Assembly: GCA_965246715.1 (NCBI GenBank)
Contig: CBDFFH010000025.1
Span: forward strand, 1 to 64,000
Direction: 5' to 3'
Length of the DNA stretch: 64,000 nt
Source of the DNA: Chamaesiphon sp.
Lineage (GTDB): Bacteria; Cyanobacteriota; Cyanobacteriia; Cyanobacteriales; Chamaesiphonaceae
A program made the translations under genes and the position numbers. Shown one piece after another: positions 60,913 through 64,000 of this stretch. The first letter of the stretch is position 1. Each line of letters opens with the position of its first letter. The notes beneath the pieces are model-generated. The model did not search any database. It worked only from the letters and a program-made list of their open reading frames with translations, and was not told where the DNA came from.

Positions 60913-60957
60913 TAACAGGAGTGAGAAACAGGGTTTTCTCACTCCTGTTATTGTTTT
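60913..60957 (+). terminator. Rho-independent terminator
   Basis: TAACAGGAGTGAGAAA-CAGGGT-TTTCTCACTCCTGTTA followed by TTGTTTT. Confidence 0.75.
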
Positions 60958-60987
60958 AGATATATACACTTATTGCTACTCCCCTGT

Positions 60988-61986
60988 ATGACCGAAACAA
61001 TCACCGATGGCTTGCCCACACAGATATCGATCGAGTTATCGAGTAACGATCGCGCGATTGCATTAGCAGGTACTCAGGACGAAAATCTGAAAATCTTGGC
61101 GCAACAAACTGGGGCGAGATTGGTATTGCGCGGACAGGATCTAATTGTCAGTGGTACGAGCGCTCAAATCGATCGTGCGAGCGCGATTATTCGGCTATTA
61201 CAACCATTCTGGCAAGAGGGGAAGCAGATTTCCGCCGTAGAAATTCGGACAGCAGTACAAGCGTTGGACGATGGCAAGCAAGAGCGATTGCGGGCGATGC
61301 AAACTGAAATTCTCGCGACCAATCGTAAAGGCGATCGAATTCGCCCGAAAACTGTCGCCCAGTGGGAATACGTGCGTGCCATCCGCGAACACGAACTGAC
61401 TTTTTGTATCGGCCCTGCGGGGACTGGGAAAACTTATTTAGCAGCAGTTTTAGCTGTTCGCGCCTTACTAGATGGAGAGTGCGAACGCATAGTGCTGACG
61501 CGTCCAGCCGTCGAAGCAGGGGAGAAATTAGGGTTTTTGCCTGGAGATCTCCAGCAGAAAGTCGATCCGTTTTTGCGCCCATTGTATGACGCTCTGCATG
61601 AATTTATCGATGCCGATAAGATTCCGAGCCTGATGGAGAAAGGGACGATCGAAATTGCACCGTTGGCTTACATGCGGGGGCGGACGTTAAGCAATGCCTT
61701 TGTAATTGTCGATGAGGCACAGAATACTACCCCATCACAAATGAAAATGTTACTGACGCGGCTCGGTTATCGATCGCGCATGGTCGTGACTGGCGATGTG
61801 ACGCAAACCGATTTACCGGCAAATCAAACTTCCGGATTGGTTATTTCCCAACAAATATTGCAGAATATCAAAGGGATTAAATTCTGCTATTTTACTAAAA
61901 GCGATGTCGTGCGCCACGCACTAGTAGAGCGAATTGTCGCAGCATACGAACGACACGAGACCGTAAATCGATCGAAAAGTGATTGA
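60988..61986 (+). CDS. phoH: PhoH family ATPase
   Basis: GPAGTGKT, RPAVEAGEKLGFLPG, MRGRT, DEAQN, GDVTQTD motifs. Confidence 0.95.
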   Translation: MTETITDGLPTQISIELSSNDRAIALAGTQDENLKILAQQTGARLVLRGQDLIVSGTSAQIDRASAIIRLLQPFWQEGKQISAVEIRTAVQALDDGKQERLRAMQTEILATNRKGDRIRPKTVAQWEYVRAIREHELTFCIGPAGTGKTYLAAVLAVRALLDGECERIVLTRPAVEAGEKLGFLPGDLQQKVDPFLRPLYDALHEFIDADKIPSLMEKGTIEIAPLAYMRGRTLSNAFVIVDEAQNTTPSQMKMLLTRLGYRSRMVVTGDVTQTDLPANQTSGLVISQQILQNIKGIKFCYFTKSDVVRHALVERIVAAYERHETVNRSKSD

Positions 61987-62050
61987 TTCTATGCTGCAAT
62001 CGTTTCTACCACATAAGCTGTAGATAAAACCTACCCGCAGTGCCAAAATT

Positions 62051-63025
62051 CTACAATGGTAGCTCCCTGGCACTGCGGAGTTTGCGGTATTGTAACTGAA
62101 GTGCGTCTGCAGCGACAAAAATTTCGGCAGTAAGTTCGTCAGGAATTAGTTGGGGAGATTGAGATTCGACAATCGGCCGATCTTGCTCGAAGATTTTCAT
62201 CGTTCGCCGATCGGCATCTCGATCTGCCCACTTTCCGGTAAAAAAGCTCCGAAAGTTCACCCATTTACTTATGGTAGTATTCAGATCGATCGGGACGTGA
62301 GCTGTCCAAATTGTTAATTGACCGAAGGGAAGATAGACTTCGAGAAAGGTGAGATTGGGCAATACAAATCCCGTGCGGGTTTTAATCGGCGGGCGCTCTT
62401 TTTTTGCCAGCAGTTTCCACAAACCTTTCGGGGGATTAGCATCGAGCATCACTGTCGCACTAGCGCCCCAGTCAAAATTTTCAATTATCAAATCGTCAAT
62501 TTCGGGCGCTTCAGGATTGCCAAATGCGCCTCCATGCACGAAAGGTGCGTGAGCAAAATCTAAACTGTTTTCCAACACGCGCTCGTAATTAGCATTCCAG
62601 TGAAATTCACCATGAATCGATCTCAGCTCCTTGGCTCCAAATTGGGGAATATCTGGCAGGGGGATTTGCTCCGCTCGCGCTGACTCGCCAATAAAAATCC
62701 AGACCCAACCATATTTTTCCCGGACTGGATAAGTGGTAATTTTGGCTCGATCGGGAATTTTAGCGGAGCCTTGCTGTGAAGGAATTTTCACACAAGTACC
62801 ATCCGATCGATATTGCCAACCATGATAGGGACAAACCAGACAATCTCCTTCTACCCAACCATTGGCTAAAGCTGCTCCACGATGGCTACAGGCATCGTCC
62901 ATCGCGTAAATTTGCCCATCAGCAGTGCGAAACAGTACTAGCTTGCGATCGATGATGTGCAGCGAGCGTGGTCGAGCATCGATGAGATTGCTAAATTCGA
63001 CAGCATACCAAAAGTTGTTTAACAT
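62051..63025 (-). CDS. Rieske non-heme iron oxygenase (VanA-like alpha subunit)
   Basis: CSHRG and CPYHGW Rieske ligands; ENSLDFAHAPFVH and QD mononuclear iron site. Confidence 0.9.
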   Translation of the reverse strand: MLNNFWYAVEFSNLIDARPRSLHIIDRKLVLFRTADGQIYAMDDACSHRGAALANGWVEGDCLVCPYHGWQYRSDGTCVKIPSQQGSAKIPDRAKITTYPVREKYGWVWIFIGESARAEQIPLPDIPQFGAKELRSIHGEFHWNANYERVLENSLDFAHAPFVHGGAFGNPEAPEIDDLIIENFDWGASATVMLDANPPKGLWKLLAKKERPPIKTRTGFVLPNLTFLEVYLPFGQLTIWTAHVPIDLNTTISKWVNFRSFFTGKWADRDADRRTMKIFEQDRPIVESQSPQLIPDELTAEIFVAADALQLQYRKLRSARELPL

Positions 63026-63342
63026 CTTATCTCGATCGACTTCTAGTGGTCACTATAGCAATTTCAGCAGCGCTTAACCGCCGAGTGCGCCGATCTCCGA
63101 CCTAAATAATCCTGATAAAAATTCGCGATCGAATTCGGTCGATAGCGAAGCTAATTTCCAGAAGGTCGTATTTTTAGAGTTACTCGGTGGAGTACCTCTT
63201 AAGCAAATATCCTTAACCCGTTGGCGTAGCCTCTCCGGTAGGAGAAACTCACGTTAAATTAGTTAATAATCGCTCTGTACATACTGGTATTCATTAAGAT
63301 CGCTCTGACGAGAAAACAGATATCCCTCAATCTTTAAAATTT

Positions 63343-63897
63343 ATGTCTCGCCGTTATTTTCTCAATAGTTTATTAGCAATGTGTCTGAGTGCGATCGCGT
63401 GGCTGAATGTCACCCCTGCAGTATGGGCGATGGGCGGGAAACTACCGACATTGGATCTACCCGCACCTGAATTTACACTACCGACGAATACAGGTAAAGG
63501 GCAAATCTCGCTCGCTGATTATTCAGGGAAATGGGTGGTTTTATATTTTTACCCTAAAGACTTTACTTCTGGCTGTACCTTGGAAGCACGGAGATTTCAA
63601 CAAGATATCAGCAAGTATCAACAACGCCATGCCGAAATTGTCGGTGTGAGTGCGGATTCGATCGATTCTCATGCGGAATTTTGCGATTCGGAGGGGTTGA
63701 AGTTCCCGCTTTTGGCCGATACCGATGGGGCGATTAGTAAGGCTTATGGTTCGTGGATGGGGATTTATTCGATGCGTCACAGCTTTATCATCGATCCGCA
63801 AGGTATTTTGCGTGCTACGTTTACGGATGTCAATCCTACCGCTCACAGTAAGGAAGTATTAACCGAACTCGATAAGCTCCAACACGTGAGAGTTTAA
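63343..63897 (+). CDS. bcp: Peroxiredoxin Q (BCP) with twin-arginine-like signal
   Basis: SRRYFL N-terminus; VLYFYPKDFTSGCTLEA. Confidence 0.92.
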   Translation: MSRRYFLNSLLAMCLSAIAWLNVTPAVWAMGGKLPTLDLPAPEFTLPTNTGKGQISLADYSGKWVVLYFYPKDFTSGCTLEARRFQQDISKYQQRHAEIVGVSADSIDSHAEFCDSEGLKFPLLADTDGAISKAYGSWMGIYSMRHSFIIDPQGILRATFTDVNPTAHSKEVLTELDKLQHVRV

Positions 63898-63924
63898 TAA
63901 TTTATCTACTGTCATGTCAGTAAT

Positions 63925-64000
63925 TAACCTCAGTTCGGATTAAGGATATTGGCTTCGCTCTAGCACCGCCGGCGGTTAAAACCGCTGCTTATGATGCAAA
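63925..64000. mobile_element. Left end of a MITE/REP element, truncated by the window edge
   Basis: TAACCTCAGTTCGG (inverse at about 19327-19340), then GCGGTTAAAACCGC hairpin like those at 11450-11555. Confidence 0.55.

Overview
This is a cyanobacterial chromosome segment (psaM, group-2 sigma factor, pentapeptide and SLH proteins, very dense CGATCG/GCGATCGC/TCGATCGA palindromes). The strong TCGATCGA bias suggests a Chamaesiphon-like genome (inference). Bases 1-9.3 kb form a decaying defence island. It holds an AbiEi/AbiEii type IV toxin-antitoxin pair with an inverted-repeat operator, an intact 1133-aa PLD-nuclease/SNF2-helicase fusion, and its partner N6-adenine methyltransferase-like gene. 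That gene has been destroyed by a 19-bp tandem duplication, an IS5 (IS1031-group) insertion, an IS701/IS4-like insertion and loss of its 3' part; a pol-beta nucleotidyltransferase follows. The rest is mostly housekeeping (cysK, THUMP methylase, tRNA-Arg, glcE-like, LCP, psaM, Na+/H+ antiporter, pdhA, mutT, sigD-like, decarboxylase, cbiT, cdsA, phosphoketolase, capD-like, phoH, PrxQ). It also carries a Dam-like methylase plus small PD-(D/E)XK nuclease pair, a truncated toxin-like gene, an ISKra4 element, and many MITEs and REP-like palindromes, several nested or inserted into hairpin centres. All family calls come from motif recognition by eye; no database search was run.
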